Below, piece by piece: positions 63,330-64,000 of a stretch of DNA of 64,000 nt (its first letter is position 1; each line of letters starts with the position of its first letter). The DNA lies in the NCBI RefSeq assembly GCF_006345805.1, contig NW_021832383.1, positions 125,530 to 189,529 on the forward strand, given 5' to 3'. The notes below the pieces were generated by a model that saw nothing but the letters and a program-made list of their open reading frames with translations, ran no database searches and was not told the origin of the DNA. Made by a program: the position numbers and the translations under genes. This DNA comes from Octopus sinensis. Lineage: Eukaryota.

Positions 63330-64000
63330 AAGCCATAGCCACGCACAGCAGCCACTGAAATCAACAACTTGTTTGCTGGAGCATTGTCTTGATGAAACAT
63401 GACCCCTTTCGTCAGTTTTCATGGGCGTTTCGTATTGATAACCTTTCGTAACTGCATCAGCAAGTTGGCATATTATTCTCCATTGATGCTGTGGCCTTTT
63501 TGAAGATAGTCAATTAGCACAATGCCTTTTGCATCCGCCAGAAAACGGATGCTGTATCCTTCCTTCCAAATGAAACGAACTTGGCCTTCTTTGGAGCAGG
63601 TGAAGAGGGGTGTTTCCACTGCATGGATTGTCTCTTTGTCTCTGACTCAAAGTGGTGAACCAAACACTCATCCTAGCTGAGGAAATGTTCAAGGAATCCA
63701 GCTGGATCTGCCTCAAACAATAGCAGATTTTTCCGTGATGTTATCAGTCTGGTTGTGCCTTTGATCAGATGTCAGATGTGACACCCACCGAGCAGAACCT
63801 TTCATTCTGCAAAAGTCCCTATTGCTGAATATTTTCAACTGTCAGAGGATATGCTAATGGTATTGGCTATTTGATTTATAGTCAATCACGTATTATGGGG
63901 AACACCATCAATGTTTTCCTCGGCAGTGGCAGTTGCAGGACACCCAGACGTTGGGTCATTTTCAAGATCTTCTCTTCCCTTCTTTCTAAATTCTACTGCC
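63330..64000 (-). pseudogene. Mariner transposase relic (stops and frameshifts), truncated by window end
   Basis: GREDLENDPTSGCPATAT.ENI; DECLVHHFESETKRQSMQWKHPSSPAPKKAK; GIVLIDYLQKGHSING; FHQDNAP (DD34D-type). Confidence 0.85.

Overview
AT-rich, repeat-dense eukaryotic DNA; the SINE families suggest an octopus (inference). Most of the window is the 5' ~78% of a minus-strand SNRNP200/Brr2 gene (U5 snRNP 200-kDa Ski2-like RNA helicase). I traced 34 coding exons from the ATG at 57544 down to 1906, all with GT-AG boundaries. They total 5020 nt (~1673 codons once an apparent 1-nt deletion in exon 3 is corrected), and the gene continues off the left edge. The introns hold several tRNA-derived or (ATG)n-tailed SINE families, TTAA-flanked piggyBac-type MITEs (often as multimers), a Tc1/mariner MITE, two non-autonomous Helitrons, decayed LINE fragments and minisatellites. 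A mariner transposase relic lies upstream of the gene. The most interesting unexplained signal is a set of short elements, mostly inserted in (TA)n tracts and often folded back as inverted repeats, that carry minimal type-I hammerhead-ribozyme motifs of the kind known from Penelope-like retroelements. These include a near-perfect 375-bp foldback with a U3-A8 covariant core and a head-to-head dimer joining a tRNA-like Pol III head to a hammerhead tail. All calls were made by eye with no database searches or folding computations, so repeat boundaries are approximate.
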